A stretch of DNA of 64,000 bases from Eledone cirrhosa (GCA_964016885.1 OZ024743.1:251224001-251288000); one strand, 5' to 3'. Counted from the first letter of the stretch, positions 13,588-25,633 are shown. Numbers and translations: made by a program. The notes: generated by a model not told the origin, from the sequence alone.

Positions 13588-13795
13588 CAGTGGATTGGCA
13601 AGCTCGTTAAAACATTCGATAAATGCTTAACAATATTTGTTTTGGGTCTTTATTTTCTGAGTTGAAGTTACAATGAGGTCAACTTTGCCTTTTAATTTTC
13701 TGGGGTCGATAAAATAAAGCACCAATTAAGTGTTAGGGTCGATATAATCAACTTTTCCTTTCAAAATTGCGTGTCTTGTGCCTAAATTAGAAGCC
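13588..13795 (+). mobile_element. Degenerate Nin/Deu-like SINE
   Basis: gaggtcaactttgcctttt..ggggtcgataaaataaagcacc. Confidence 0.6.
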
Positions 13796-13819
13796 ATATA
13801 TACACACACACACATCCTA

Positions 13820-13867
<48 letters not shown>

Positions 13868-15290
13868 TACATACAGGCCAGCCTGGAGTTTGGGTGGCCA
13901 AGGTGGGCTGAAATTCATGAGCAAGCTGTTTCATCAATTGAACAACTGCAACAATCACCTATTGTTGTTACAGCTCATACCTACATAGTTGACTTCCTAC
14001 AAGTTTATATGTCATGGGTTTCTCAAGTGATTTAATAATGGGCCCCAGTCCTATCATACATACACACACACATATATATATGTTGCTGCGGTTACAGCTC
14101 AGGCTTGCCTGATTGCTTATAAGGATGAATCCCATACGTTCTTCAAGTATTTTAACGAGGGGGGGGGGGGCAAGTTCTATAAAAGACACATTGTTGTTGC
14201 TAGAGCTCGTGCTTGCATAGGCTTAGCTGGCCTCATACAAGGTTGCATCACATAGGTTTCTCAGGTATTTTAATGATAGGGGCTCTAGTTCTCTCATGAA
14301 TTTACTTCCCCCACTGCCACCACTACCACAGGACTATACACCAGTCTGTTTCAATGGTTAACTACCAATTGCTGCTTCTAGTACTCCTTTTTGTCAGGTA
14401 ATTGGACTAAAGTAACGTGAAATGAAACCGCATGCTAAGGACACAATGCAACGATGGGAATTGAACCAATGACTTTATAATAATGAGTGAAACACTGTAG
14501 CCATTAAGTGATGTGCTGTTACAGGAGGTAGTGAAAGTGTAGTGAAGTCACTTGCTAAAGGACACAATGTACTGCAGGATCAATGAAAATATACAATCAG
14601 AACTGCCATTATTTCAATTAGGTCTTAGAAATAATGCATCACCAGGAATGGAACTCATGGCCTTATAATTGTAAGCCATATGCCCTAACCACTAAGCTAT
14701 GCTCCTTCATAGTACAGTTAGAGAAAGAGAACGAGAGAGTAGTTTTCTATCTGCTAATTTATTTATTGGTATCCACTAAATATATATTGATATAAATATC
14801 AAGTATCAAGACCAACAGACATATTGTCTAGGTTTGCTTTAGTTTCACAAATGGTTTTATTAAATTATTCTAAAGTCGTTTCTCTTTAATGGTTCACGGA
14901 ACTGTTGGAGGACGGAATTAAAAAGGACATTTCAAAGAGAGGGGATTGAGTCGAATAAATAATACAGTCACTCAATGATTAATATGTATGTGTACATGTT
15001 GTGTATAGTGGCTGTGTATATATAATATTTGTATGTATGTGTGTGTGTGTGTACATGTCTGTATATGGGCTGTGTTTCTGTGTATAGTGTTTGTATGTGT
15101 GTATATGTGTTTGTGTATGGTGGCTGTGTATCTGTGTATATATAGTTTGTATGTATGAGTGTGTTTGTGTGTACATGTCTGTGTACATTGGCTGTGTCTG
15201 TATAAATGGTGTTTGTATGCGGGTGTGTGTGTGTGTGTGTGTGTGTATCTGTACATGGTTGCTGTGTATCTGTGTATGATAGTCCATGTA

Positions 15291-15408
<118 letters not shown>

Positions 15409-15579
15409 CATATATATGTTTGTATGCATGTGTATACACATATGTTTGTATGTATATATATATGTATGCATATACACGTCTATATGCATGTCTATGTATG
15501 TATGTATGTTATGTGTGTATGTCTGAAAATGGGTTTAAAATGTTGATGACGATACACACATACATAAACACACACTTAT

Positions 15580-15610
<31 letters not shown>

Positions 15611-15766
15611 CATACACACACACACTTACACACACACATACATACATATATATATACATACACACACACATGTATATGTTTATTTCTGTTCAGTTGTACA
15701 AGTATGTCCATCCTTGTGCATTTCCAATAACTTTTTCCATGAGAAAACTATTCTTGGAGGATAGGG

Positions 15767-17900
15767 GTGGTATTATTAGTGGTGTTAGTGGTGGTGGTGG
15801 TAGTAGTGGTGGTGGTGGTTGAGGGTGGTATTATTAGTGGTGTTAGTGGTGGTGATGTATTGGTGGTTGAGGTGGTAGTTGTGGTGGTTGAGGTGGTAGT
15901 AGTGGTGGTGGTGGTGGTGGTAGTTATGGTGGTGGTGGTGGTGATGTTAGTATTGGTGGTTGAGGTGGTAGTTGTGGTGGTGGAGGGTGGTAGTAGTGGT
16001 GGTGTTAGTGGTGGTGGTTGAGGGTGGTAGTTGTGGTGGTGGAGGGTGGTAGTAGTGGTGGTGTTAGTGGTGGTGGTTGAGGGTGGTAGTTGTGGTGGTG
16101 GAGGGTGGTAGTAGTGGTGGTGTTAGTGGTGGTGGTTGAGGGTGGTAGTTGTGGTGGTGGAGGGTGGTAGTAGTGGTGGTGTTAGTGGTGGTGGTTGAGG
16201 GTGGTAGTTGTGGTGGTTGAGGGTGGTATTATTAGTGGTGTTAGTGGTGGTGATGTATTGGTGGTTGAGGTGGTAGTTGTGGTGGTTGAGGTGGTAGTAG
16301 TGGTGGTGGTGGTGGTGGTAGTTGTGGTGGTGGTGGTGGTGATGTTAGTATTGGTGGTTGAGGTGGTAGTTGTGGTGGTGGAGGGTGGTAGTAGTGGTGG
16401 TGGTGGTGGTGGTGATAGTATTGGTGGTTGAGGTGGTAGTTGTGGTGGTTGAGGGTGGTAGTAGTGGTGGTAGTAGTGGTGGTGGTGGTGGTGGTGGTGA
16501 TAGTATTGGTGGTTGAGGTGGTAGTTGTGGTGGTGGAGGTGGTAGTAGTGGTGGTGGTGGTGGTGGTGATAGTATTGGTGGTTGAGGTGGTAGTTGTGGT
16601 GGTTGAGGGTGGTAGTAGTGGTGGTAGTAGTGGTGGTGGTGGTGGTGGTGGTGGTGATAGTATTGGTGGTTGAGGTGGTAGTTGTGGTGGTGGAGGTGGT
16701 AGTAGTGGTGGTGGTGGTGGTGGTGATGTTAGTATTGGTGGTTGAGGTGGTAGTTGTGGTGTTTGAGGGTGGTAGTAGTGGTGGTGGTGGTGGTGGTGAT
16801 GTTAGTATTGGTGGTTGAGGTGGTAGTTGTGGTGTTTGAGGGTGGTAGTAGTGGTGGTGGTGGTGGTGGTGATGTTAGTATTGGTGGTTGAGGTGGTAGT
16901 TGTGGTGTTTGAGGGTGGTAGTAGTTGTGATGCTGCTGTTAGTAGTGGTGGTGGTGGTGGTGGTGTTAGTGGTGGTGGTTGAGGTGGTGGTGATAGTATT
17001 GGTGGTTGAGGTAGTAGTTGTGGTGTTTGAGGCTGGTAGTAGTGGTGGTGGTAGTGATAGTATTGGTGGTTGAGGTAGTAGTTGTGGTGTTTGAGGGTCG
17101 TAGTAGTTGTGATGCTGCTGTTAGTAGTGGTGGTGGTGGTAGTGATAGTATTGGTGGTTGAGGTAGTAGTTGTGGTGTTTGAGGCTGGTAGTAGTGGTGG
17201 TGGTGGTGATAGTATTGGTGGTTGAGGTAGTAGTTGTGGTGTTTGAGGGTGGTAGTAGTGGTGGTGGTAGTGATAGTATTGGTGGTTGAGGTAGTAGTTG
17301 TGGTGTTTGAGGGTCGTAGTAGTTGTGATGCTGCTGTTAGTAGTGGTGGTGGTGGTAGTGATAGTATTGGTGGTTGAGGTAGTAGTTGTGGTGTTTGAGG
17401 GTGGTAGTAGTGGTGATGCTGCTGTTAGTAGTGGTGGTGGTGGTGGTGGTGGTGTTAGTGGTGGTGATGTTAGTATTGGTGGTTGAGGTGGTAGTTGTGG
17501 TGGTGGTGGTGGTGGTGGTGGTGATGTTAGTATTGGTGGTTGAGGTGGTAGTTGTGGTGTTTGAGGGTGGTAGTAGTGGTGATGCTGCTGTTAGTAGTGG
17601 TGGTGGTGGTGGTGTTAGTGGTGGCGATGTTAGTATTGGTGGTTGAGGTGGTGGTGGTGGTGTTTGAGGGTGGTAGTAGTGGTGATGCTGCTGTTAGTAG
17701 TAGTAGTGGAGGTGGTGGTGGTGGTGGTGGTGGTGGTGGTGCTGTTAGTGGTGGTGATGTTAGTATTGGTGGTTGAGGTGGTAGTTGTGGTGTTTGGTGA
17801 GGAGTGCTGCTGTTAATAGTGGTGGTGGTGCTGCTGTTAGTGGTGGTTGAGGTGGTAGTTGTGGTGTTTGGTGAGGAGTGCTGCTGTTAATAGTGGTGGT
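15767..17900. repeat. GT-rich minisatellite with cores TAGTATTGGTGGTTGAGGTGGTAGTTGTGG and GAGGGTGGTAGTAGTGG
   Basis: Direct tandem units with variable (GGT)n. Confidence 0.95.
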
Positions 17901-18943
17901 GGTGTTAGTATTGATGGTTGAGGTGGTATTGGTAGGTGTGGTGTTGGGGGATGGGGGTGATGTTAGTATTAATAGTTGTTGGTGGTGGATGTGGTGGTGA
18001 TATGGCAACGATTATAGTGTTAGTAGTGCTGGGTCAATGGTGACAGTGGTGGCAATGATGTTAGTGTTAGTGCTGGTAGTGATGATGGTGGTTTTAGTGT
18101 TGGTGATGTTGCTGGCAATGATGGTAGTATTGGTAGTAGTAGTAGTAGTGGTGGTTGTGATGGTAACGTTGTCAGTGGTGGAGGTGTCTAATAACAGGGT
18201 AATGTATTAGTATGGAAATTATTTACTAAAAAAAAGGGAGAAAAAACAATAAAATTCTCTCTAATTTCCTTGTCTAATATTTTGTGTTTGCTTTCATCTC
18301 AAATTACCATTGATTATTTCATAAGTTGAATGTTAAATGAGGTGTTATCATGGAAGGTGGGCTGTCTATAGGGGGAGGAGACATTATGTAGGGGTTATGG
18401 TGGTGGGGTGGAGGGTCAACATATAGGTATTGGTGGTGGTCTTAATGTCAGGGTATAGATAACGATGGTGGTGGAGGTGTGGTGGTCAAAATATAGGTTG
18501 GGTAGTGATGGTGGGGGAGTTAGAATATAGGTAGTGGTGTGGGTGTGGGGAGATAGAATATAGGTAGGGGTTTGGGTGTGGGGAGTTAGAATATAGGTAG
18601 GGGTTGTGGTGGAGTGGGGGGTGTCAGAATATAACTAGGGGCATGAGTGAGTTAGTGTGGATAGGGGTAGTGGGGGTGGAGGTAGAGGTAACAGTGTAGT
18701 AAGGGAGGTGGCACAGTGCCACGGATGTGGGCAGAGTAGAATTTTACTATTTCATTGACTCTCACTACCAGCAACTAAAACTGCTCACCAAATGAGAACG
18801 CTACTCAACCTGATAAATACAGCAGCCAAATATCCCTTAAATACATTTAACTAATCACACTTAATTAAATATACACTACCATCATCATCATCACCACCAA
18901 TTAATGTCCATTTTTCCACTCTAGCATGGGTATATATATTTAT

Positions 18944-18960
18944 CGTAGACACATAAAAAG

Positions 18961-19008
<48 letters not shown>

Positions 19009-19112
19009 ATAACACTACATGCGTCTTTGACGGTTAGGGTCATTTAGAGGGAATTCCCTCTAAATGACCCTCCCGGTGTGTATGTGTGTGTGTTATCTTT
19101 TTATGTGTCTAC
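18944..19112. repeat. Nested inverted repeat with a perfect 36-bp central palindrome (19036-19071)
   Basis: cgtagacacataaaagataacacacac / gtgtgtgttatcttttatgtgtctacg; agggtcatttagaggg-aatt-ccctctaaatgaccct. Confidence 0.85.
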
Positions 19113-19239
19113 GTTTTAGTAAGCAACCAAAATTCTGGTTGCTTCAACTGACGCAATGGATCAACTCACAATTCTATAACGCATGCACTGCATGTCTTGC
19201 ATGCACGCACCCTTCGCCCCTGATATTTCATTTCATTTC

Positions 19240-19552
19240 ATTTTACGTTCACTTTTCCCTGCTTGCAAGGGTGGGACGGGAACTGATTCTGGCTTGATTT
19301 TTACAGCTGGATGCCCTTCCTAACACCAACCTCATTTACAGTGAGTGCTGGGTGCTTTTTTGCCGTGGCACCTCCACGACCACTTTGCAGTGGAATGATA
19401 AGGACCCCAGTCCTATCATCTCATTTCTACAGCTGAGTAAACTGGAGCAATGTGAAATAAAGTGTCTTGCTCAAGGAAACAACACATCACCCAGTCTGAG
19501 AATTGAACTCACAACCTTTCGATTGCAAGCCCAATGCTCTAACCACTAAGCC
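19240..19552 (-). mobile_element. Full tRNA-derived SINE with RTE-derived 3' tail
   Basis: Reverse-complement head ggcttagtggttagagc..gagttcaattc..ccttgagcaagacactttatttcac; tail shares aggaagggcatccagctgta with the RTE 3' UTR; near-identical copy at 31523-31856. Confidence 0.8.
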
Positions 19553-19793
19553 ATATATATACCCCTGCTAGAGTGGAAAAATGGACATTAATTGGTGAAA
19601 AAAAAATATATATATACAAACACACACACCCTATCATCATCATCCTTTAATGTCCATTTCCCATGCTAGCATGGGTTAGACGAGTTATCCCGTATGTATA
19701 TATATATAGGACAACTCATACAACACACACAAAAACAAGATGGTGTAGGACAGAACAAAGGAGAGGCACAAAAAACAAAGAAAAGAATCCCCA

Positions 19794-19836
19794 GTCACTG
19801 AAGAGGTCACAGAATGTGTGACGAAAGAACTTTGAC
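19794..19836 (+). ncRNA. Minimal type I HHR-like motif in a (TA)n-flanked element (~19710-20045)
   Basis: gtca-CTGAAGA-g-gtcaca-gaatg-tgtgac-GAAAG-AA-CTT-tgac; one unpaired G at the base of stem II. Confidence 0.55.
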
Positions 19837-20056
19837 AATATATGAACAATCGTCTGGTTGTAGAACCAACCAACCAGAAATTTATAAATTCTTAAATTTA
19901 TAAATTTAATTTATAATAAATTGGAGTGAAAGCAACTGGTGCTTGTGTTTCTTATTGGCAACATGACGCTCCCAAAGCATGACAATATCGGTTTCAACAC
20001 ACGTTTTCAGATAAAGATCTTGCTAAACAAATTCAGAAACGATATATATATATATA

Positions 20057-20201
20057 TGAAAAGATTCAGCATCCTGAGTGCTGAGATCCAGCCGTTTCAA
20101 CAGCTAGATCCGAACGGATCATATTACCCACTCTACTACCCCAAGCATTGAGTACTCTGGTGGGTTATGGTCCACCTGGTATTTTACCACACCCTATCTG
20201 A
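20057..20201 (+). mobile_element. (TA)n-flanked element with a degenerate HHR-like hairpin; homologous to 24553-24784
   Basis: gatccagccgt-ttca-acagctagatcc-GAA; tattacccactctact..gagtac..ggtccacctggt shared (inverted) with ~24655-24725. Confidence 0.5.
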
Positions 20202-20218
20202 TATATATATATATATAT

Positions 20219-20515
20219 CTAAGGCAGGTAAAATTCCCGAGATCCATGGACGAGTTCTCTCCAGCGGTCTTTGTCGCTCATTATCGCTGCCATGTCCTGC
20301 GTCTCCAACAGACCAGTGTCTGTCCTTAGGGCATCAACATACGTTAACCTTGGTCTTCCTCTTCTAGTGTGTCCATGTAGGGGCTCCCACAGGAGCACTG
20401 AGTGGAATGTCAACTCTGGATGTTGGTGAGCATGTCCAGCTAACCTCAGTCTCTTCTGTGTCACTTTTGAGCTGACTTTTGGGATGCTCCCATACAGCTC
20501 TGAGTTTTTCATCTC
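20219..20515 (-). pseudogene. 3' end of RTE-like LINE family B, in (TA)n
   Basis: KRLRLAGHAHQH..LLWEPLHGHTRRGRPRLTYVD C-terminal motif; homologous to ~23930-24200. Confidence 0.8.
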
Positions 20516-21334
20516 ATATATATATATATATATGTATATATATATGTGTACTGTAAGGTGGTCATGTAGGTGCCATAAAAAAGCACTCAGCCTGCAGTGG
20601 AAAGTGGATGTTAAAGAATAATGAGATATCTATATAGATATTATTGACTCCTTCATTGTAGAGTAGATTTAGATGATTTCTGCAGTTATTTCTAGCATCA
20701 TTGTAAGCCTGTTGTATTGTTCTAATATATATAGAGAGATATATTCATTTACTTGTTTAATGATGCAATATGATGGAGACCGTGTGGTTTCGATAACATG
20801 ATGTTTTGTACACTATTCAATATCTCCTCTTGTTCCAAAGAATTCTCCCCTGACGACAAATCAAAATTTTCCAATATTAGTTGTTCCAATGTTTTGAAAC
20901 AACTAATATTGTTTTTTTTTTATTATAAAAAATATGGTTGGGGGGTGGGTATATAAATATATAAGTTGTACTGACATATTTTAGTTAGTCTGGCTTATAT
21001 TCCCTCAGATTGAGATTTTAGTATAAGTTTAATATGTTATATATATATGTATATATCATCATCATCATCATTGTTTAACGTTTATCTTTCACGCTAACAT
21101 GGGTTAGACGGGTGACTGTGTCTCACTTGTATAGGACTATCTGGCAGGTTTTCTACGGATGGATGCCCTTCCTAACACCAACCACATTTACAATGTGGAC
21201 TGGGAGGTTTTTACCGTGTTACCTACACAGCATGTATATATATATATGTGTGTGTGTGTATGAGTGAGTCCCAGGTTCAATCAGGGGTTACCACAGTAAG
21301 GTACTCAATACATTAGTTGAGTGTAAACATTAGA

Positions 21335-21444
21335 TTTAATATAGAAATGGCTTCTATAGGTCTAGAACTGTTTCATTCAAAAGAAATCATCTTTCCTGGT
21401 GAATGAAGCAGTTCTAGTTCTGTAGAAGCCATTTCTATATTAAA
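21335..21444. repeat. Fold-back element of two inverted HHR 3' halves (family of 49427)
   Basis: Arms tttaatatagaaatggcttcta..ctagaactgtttcattc / gaatgaagcagttctag..tagaagccatttctatattaaa; left arm reverse complement reads GATGA-tttc..gaat-GAAAC. Confidence 0.7.
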
Positions 21445-21519
21445 CATGGCTATATATATTCATATATATATATATATATGCATAATATAAGCATATAGAC
21501 AATATGCCCCCACCTCCTC

Positions 21520-21795
21520 CCACTGCAAAGTGGTCGTGGAGGTGCCACAGCAAAAAATCACCCAGTCCACACTGTAAAGTAGATGTGTAGGCGCCACGGA
21601 AAAAAAGCACCCAGCACTCACTGTAAATGAGGTTGGTGTCAGGAAGGGCATCCAGCTGTAGAAATCAAGCCAGAATCAGTTCCCGTATGAGCAAGACAAG
21701 GTCAGCCGACCGGACACTGCCCACAACAGGTCAACCCGTCTAACCCATGTTAGCATGGAAGAACGGACGTAAAACGGTGATGATGATGATGACGA

Positions 21796-21798
<3 letters not shown>
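21520..21798 (+). mobile_element. RTE-tail SINE 3' fragment with (GAT)n tail
   Basis: aggaagggcatccagctgtagaaatc..ggacgtaaaacggtgatgatgat. Confidence 0.7.
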
Positions 21799-21829
<31 letters not shown>

Positions 21830-22333
21830 CTGTTAGTTTTCTCTAAAAACATTTTTTTACGATTCCACCCTGCCTGTTCCCTCAATCTTTCTAATTTCTC
21901 ATTCTTTCTTCGGATGAAGGACTAGCTATTTCAAGCATTAAAATAACATATTCCTTCCATATATTGTACCAATTGTGTTATTTCTGTTTATCTTTTACAT
22001 ACATTTATTTTGTTTTGACCTGTTTAGCCTGATTTGCTTTTTGGCCTAGGTGGTTGATGCTTTCTTGACCACTATTTCAGTTTTGTATGGCGTCTTAACA
22101 TATTGTTTAGCTCTGGTTTTTTAACTATGGAGCGCTTGCCAGCATAACTCTGATTTTTGCGTTTCGTTTTGCCTTTTCTACCCGCCGAAATGCGATTCTT
22201 GCTAAATCTATATTTATATATATATATAATTTCATTTTCATTTCATATATATATATATATATATTACATATATGTATATATAAGTATATGTATATATATA
22301 TATAAGTATATGTATATATATATATATATATAA

Positions 22334-22614
22334 GCGCCATCCAGGCCGAAACAAATGAGATTGTGTAGGTGTCACGACAAAAAAACACACAGTCCACGCT
22401 GTAATGTGGCCGTGTTGGCAACACGGTAAAAACCTCCCAGACCCACACTGTAAATGTGGTTGGTGTTAGGAAGGGCATCCAACTGTAGAAAACCTGCCAG
22501 ACAGTCCTATGCGAGCAAGACAATCACTCTTGCCTCAAGTGGGACTACCCCCGTCCAAACCCATGCAAGCGTGGAACACGGACGTTAAACGTTGATGATG
22601 ATGATGATGATGAT
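22334..22614 (+). mobile_element. Severely 5'-truncated RTE family A copy (3' UTR only), in (TA)n
   Basis: Near-identical to ~52311-52589, including the (GAT)n tail. Confidence 0.9.
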
Positions 22615-22982
22615 AAGTATATGTATATATATATATATATAAGTATATGTATATATATATATATATGTATATGTATATATATATATTTATATGTATATAT
22701 ATGTATATATATATACGTACATATATACGTATGAATATGAGAATAAATGTGCTGCGTGGTTGCAAATGGGTTACATATGAATAAAGTTGGTCCTTCATCA
22801 GTGATCTTCCAACCATCATCGGTATTTCTTCGCTTTAAAGACCATATACCTCCGGTTGGTGCGAGCAATGGCTAAAGAAAGTCGTTGGGACACGTAAATA
22901 AAGGGAACAGTGAGAGTGTAAACAAACAAAGATGGTAAAGCAACGAAAAGTGAGGAAGAACGAGTCACGTCCCAAATTTCCA

Positions 22983-23035
<53 letters not shown>

Positions 23036-23047
23036 CTATATATCTAT

Positions 23048-23160
<113 letters not shown>

Positions 23161-23243
23161 CATATATATATGTATATATATGTAGATAAATCTACCTAAA
23201 TATACGGTAGTGTCCAATCCGTATGAAGAACTCAATGTAATCT

Positions 23244-23371
23244 ATTTCTGAAGACAGCATATATATGTGTAGGTATGTATATTCCCTCTGATAGTTTGTA
23301 CAATTTTTACATAAATCTATATGATATACATACCAACACACACATATATATCCTAGAAACGATTGTAAAAT
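23244..23371 (+). ncRNA. HHR-like motif with a very long stem II, in a (TA)n-flanked element
   Basis: attt-CTGAAGA-[~100-nt hairpin atatatatgtgt..ggtatgtatat / atatacatacc..acacatatatat]-GAAAC-gatt-GTA-aaat. Confidence 0.5.
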
Positions 23372-23472
23372 GATGAATTTTTTAATATAAGGAACTGTTT
23401 CTTTGTTTTTATTCATTGTTTTTATTAATTTATGTATATATATATATATATATCATATAATATATATATATA

Positions 23473-24206
23473 CAACGACAAAGTTCTGGTGACAAACACA
23501 GTGAAGGAGGCAGAGGAGTTGATGCAGGAGGTGGAGACTGTGTCGATGAGTGTGGGGCTGAGAATGAATGAGATTAAGACAAATAATCTGGTAGAGAATA
23601 CTAAGAAGCTAGAGAAGATTACTAATGTAGGCGGGAAGGCGCTAGAATTGGTTGAGGACTTCCTGTATTTGGGAGCAAAGATTGGGAATACAGAAGATGG
23701 TGTGGTCGAGAGGAAGAACAAAGCCTGGGCGGCATGTCACAATTTGAGATCGGTGTGGAAGTTGGACCTTCGTAAAGACCTGAAGATCCGTTTCTTCGTT
23801 GCTGTAGTGGAGTCTGTGCTGTTGTACGGGTCAGAGATTTGGACACTGACCAAGAAACTTTCTCAGATGGTGGATGTGTGCTACACAAGAATGCTGACGA
23901 TGGCTCTGACCATTAATCAGTATACACTGAGTATGAAGAACTCAGAGCTGTAAGGGAGCCTCCCAAAAGTCAGCTCGAGAATAGCACAGAGGAGACTGAG
24001 ATTAACTGGACATGCTCACCATCATCCTGTGGGAGCCCCTGCATGGACACACTGGAAGAGGGAGACTGAGGTTGACATATGTTGATGCCCTAAGGACAGA
24101 CATCGGTCTGTGGGTGACGCAGGACATGGCAGCGATGATGAGGGACAGAGACTGCTGGAGAGAACTCATCCATGGATCTTGGGAATTTTACCCGCCCTAG
24201 ATAGAT
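23473..24206 (+). pseudogene. 5'-truncated RTE-like LINE family B (RT C-terminal part), with a stop and a deletion
   Basis: GLRMNEIKT..DFLYLG..VESVLLYGSEIWTLT..GRGRLRLTYVD; starts in (TA)n, ends tagatagat. Confidence 0.85.
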
Positions 24207-24207
24207 A

Positions 24208-24470
24208 TGAACATTTGATAACATAATAAACAGCACACTATAATTATTCCATTACCAAAGGTTTTAAGAAACTAGATGAACCTTACAAAATCGTCGGCCC
24301 ATTCATTAGAGGAAATAGTTATGTTTTGGATATAAGTTTTGAAATTGATATAACTCTTTCATCTGATGAATGGGCCAGACGTTTCTGGAAGTATCGTCTA
24401 GTTTCTTGAAACCTTTGGTAATGGAATCATAATATTCTGTTGTTTATTATGTAATTAAATAGTTCTGTAT
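24208..24470. mobile_element. Fold-back element with two inverted HHR-like copies
   Basis: ~110-bp imperfect arms; + arm HHR at 24357-24426, - arm copy has a mutated core (CTAATGA..AAAA). Confidence 0.7.
24357..24426 (+). ncRNA. Type I HHR motif, predicted GUA cleavage
   Basis: tttcat-CTGATGA-[agacg/cgtct imperfect stem II]-GAAACC-TTT-GGTA-atggaa. Confidence 0.6.
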
Positions 24471-24608
24471 TATACATAGAGCACTATTCTTTCCTTTACC
24501 TTTTCTATGGAAATACTTAACATATATATATATATATATTAAAAAATTCTAATTTAGTCCAGAAATAGCCGTCAAAACGGCTTGAGTTCTGCCGTTGGGG
24601 TTAAACAT

Positions 24609-24645
<37 letters not shown>

Positions 24646-24794
24646 GAAGGAAATGTGGTAAGGAACCAGGTGGACCATAACGCACCAAAGTACTCAATAC
24701 TTAGGGTAGTAGAATGGGTAATAGGAATGAGTAGGACCCCGACGACTGAGTTCAAGCCATTTCGACGGCTAATTCTGGACTAAAAATATATATA

Positions 24795-25057
24795 TGCAGA
24801 GGTTATATTTAATTTGTTGGCATTCAACAAGCTTAAACATTTTTATAGCTGATATAAAGCACTCAACAGATTAGTGGAGTAAATATACAATATATTAATA
24901 AATGGAAACTATATTTATAAAACCATATTTATTTTATTATATATATTTCATGGGCAACCAAGCACACCATAATTTACCTTGGTTGCCTTTGAAATATATA
25001 TAATAAAATAATGATGGTTTTATAAATATAGTTTCCATTTATTAATATATTGTATAT
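24795..25057. mobile_element. Family H1 element folded back at HHR stem II
   Basis: Inverted arms 24883-25057 centred on ggcaaccaag..cttggttgcc-ttt-GAAAtatatataataaaata. Confidence 0.75.
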
Positions 25058-25076
25058 ATATATATATATGTATATA

Positions 25077-25178
25077 CATAGTGGCACCAAAAAATGTATA
25101 CACACTTTGATTTCCTGTACAGTCAATATATATTAGAATGCTGTTGAAGTGTGTATACGTTTTTTGGTGGACACCCTG
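25077..25178. mobile_element. Tc1/mariner-type MITE
   Basis: ~30-bp imperfect TIRs (caccaaaaaatgtatacacactt / aagtgtgtatacgttttttggtg..accctg), TA on both sides. Confidence 0.7.
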
Positions 25179-25202
25179 TATACACACACACACACACACA
25201 TA

Positions 25203-25633
25203 CCGTATATAATCATGTAAAAGTTGATCCCATGTAAAAGTCAACGCTAGTTCTTCATGGACATCAGATCAATATTTCTGAATCAAGGTATTATCCTAAA
25301 CATAAATGTTGCGATGAGGAAATTAATTTTACAATGCTATTATGTATTGACGTACACAAGTGGAAATATTTGTAAGAGCTACATGGCTTTATTTATGTGT
25401 TTTATTAGTAAGTTTTCATGTTTTGATGTGTAGAAATATTGGTATTATTACAGTAATTCATGGTTTTACATTTATTTATTTAGCGTCCATTTGAACTTCT
25501 GTTTATTGATATGGTATTTTGTATTGTAATGTTTATTTCACCCTCTTGATAGTTGTATGTAATAGTCAACTTCATAAATTTAACCAGCAAAAAATACTGT
25601 AAAATGTCTGACATTTTCACAAATATATATAGT
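25203..25633. mobile_element. Degenerate pogo/mariner-like MITE
   Basis: taCCGTATATAATCATGTAAAAGTTGA at the left end, a decayed complement at the right end; subterminal atgtaa(a/t)agtcaac repeats. Confidence 0.45.

Noticed and set aside
19480-19552. tRNA-like sequences (also ~26100-26185 and ~31790-31856)
   Set aside because: SINE heads with A/B boxes but no complete cloverleaf; not tRNA genes
20845-20915. CTGACGA..GAAAC with inverted caatattagttgtt/aacaactaatattg
   Set aside because: Stems I and II do not close; at most a decayed remnant
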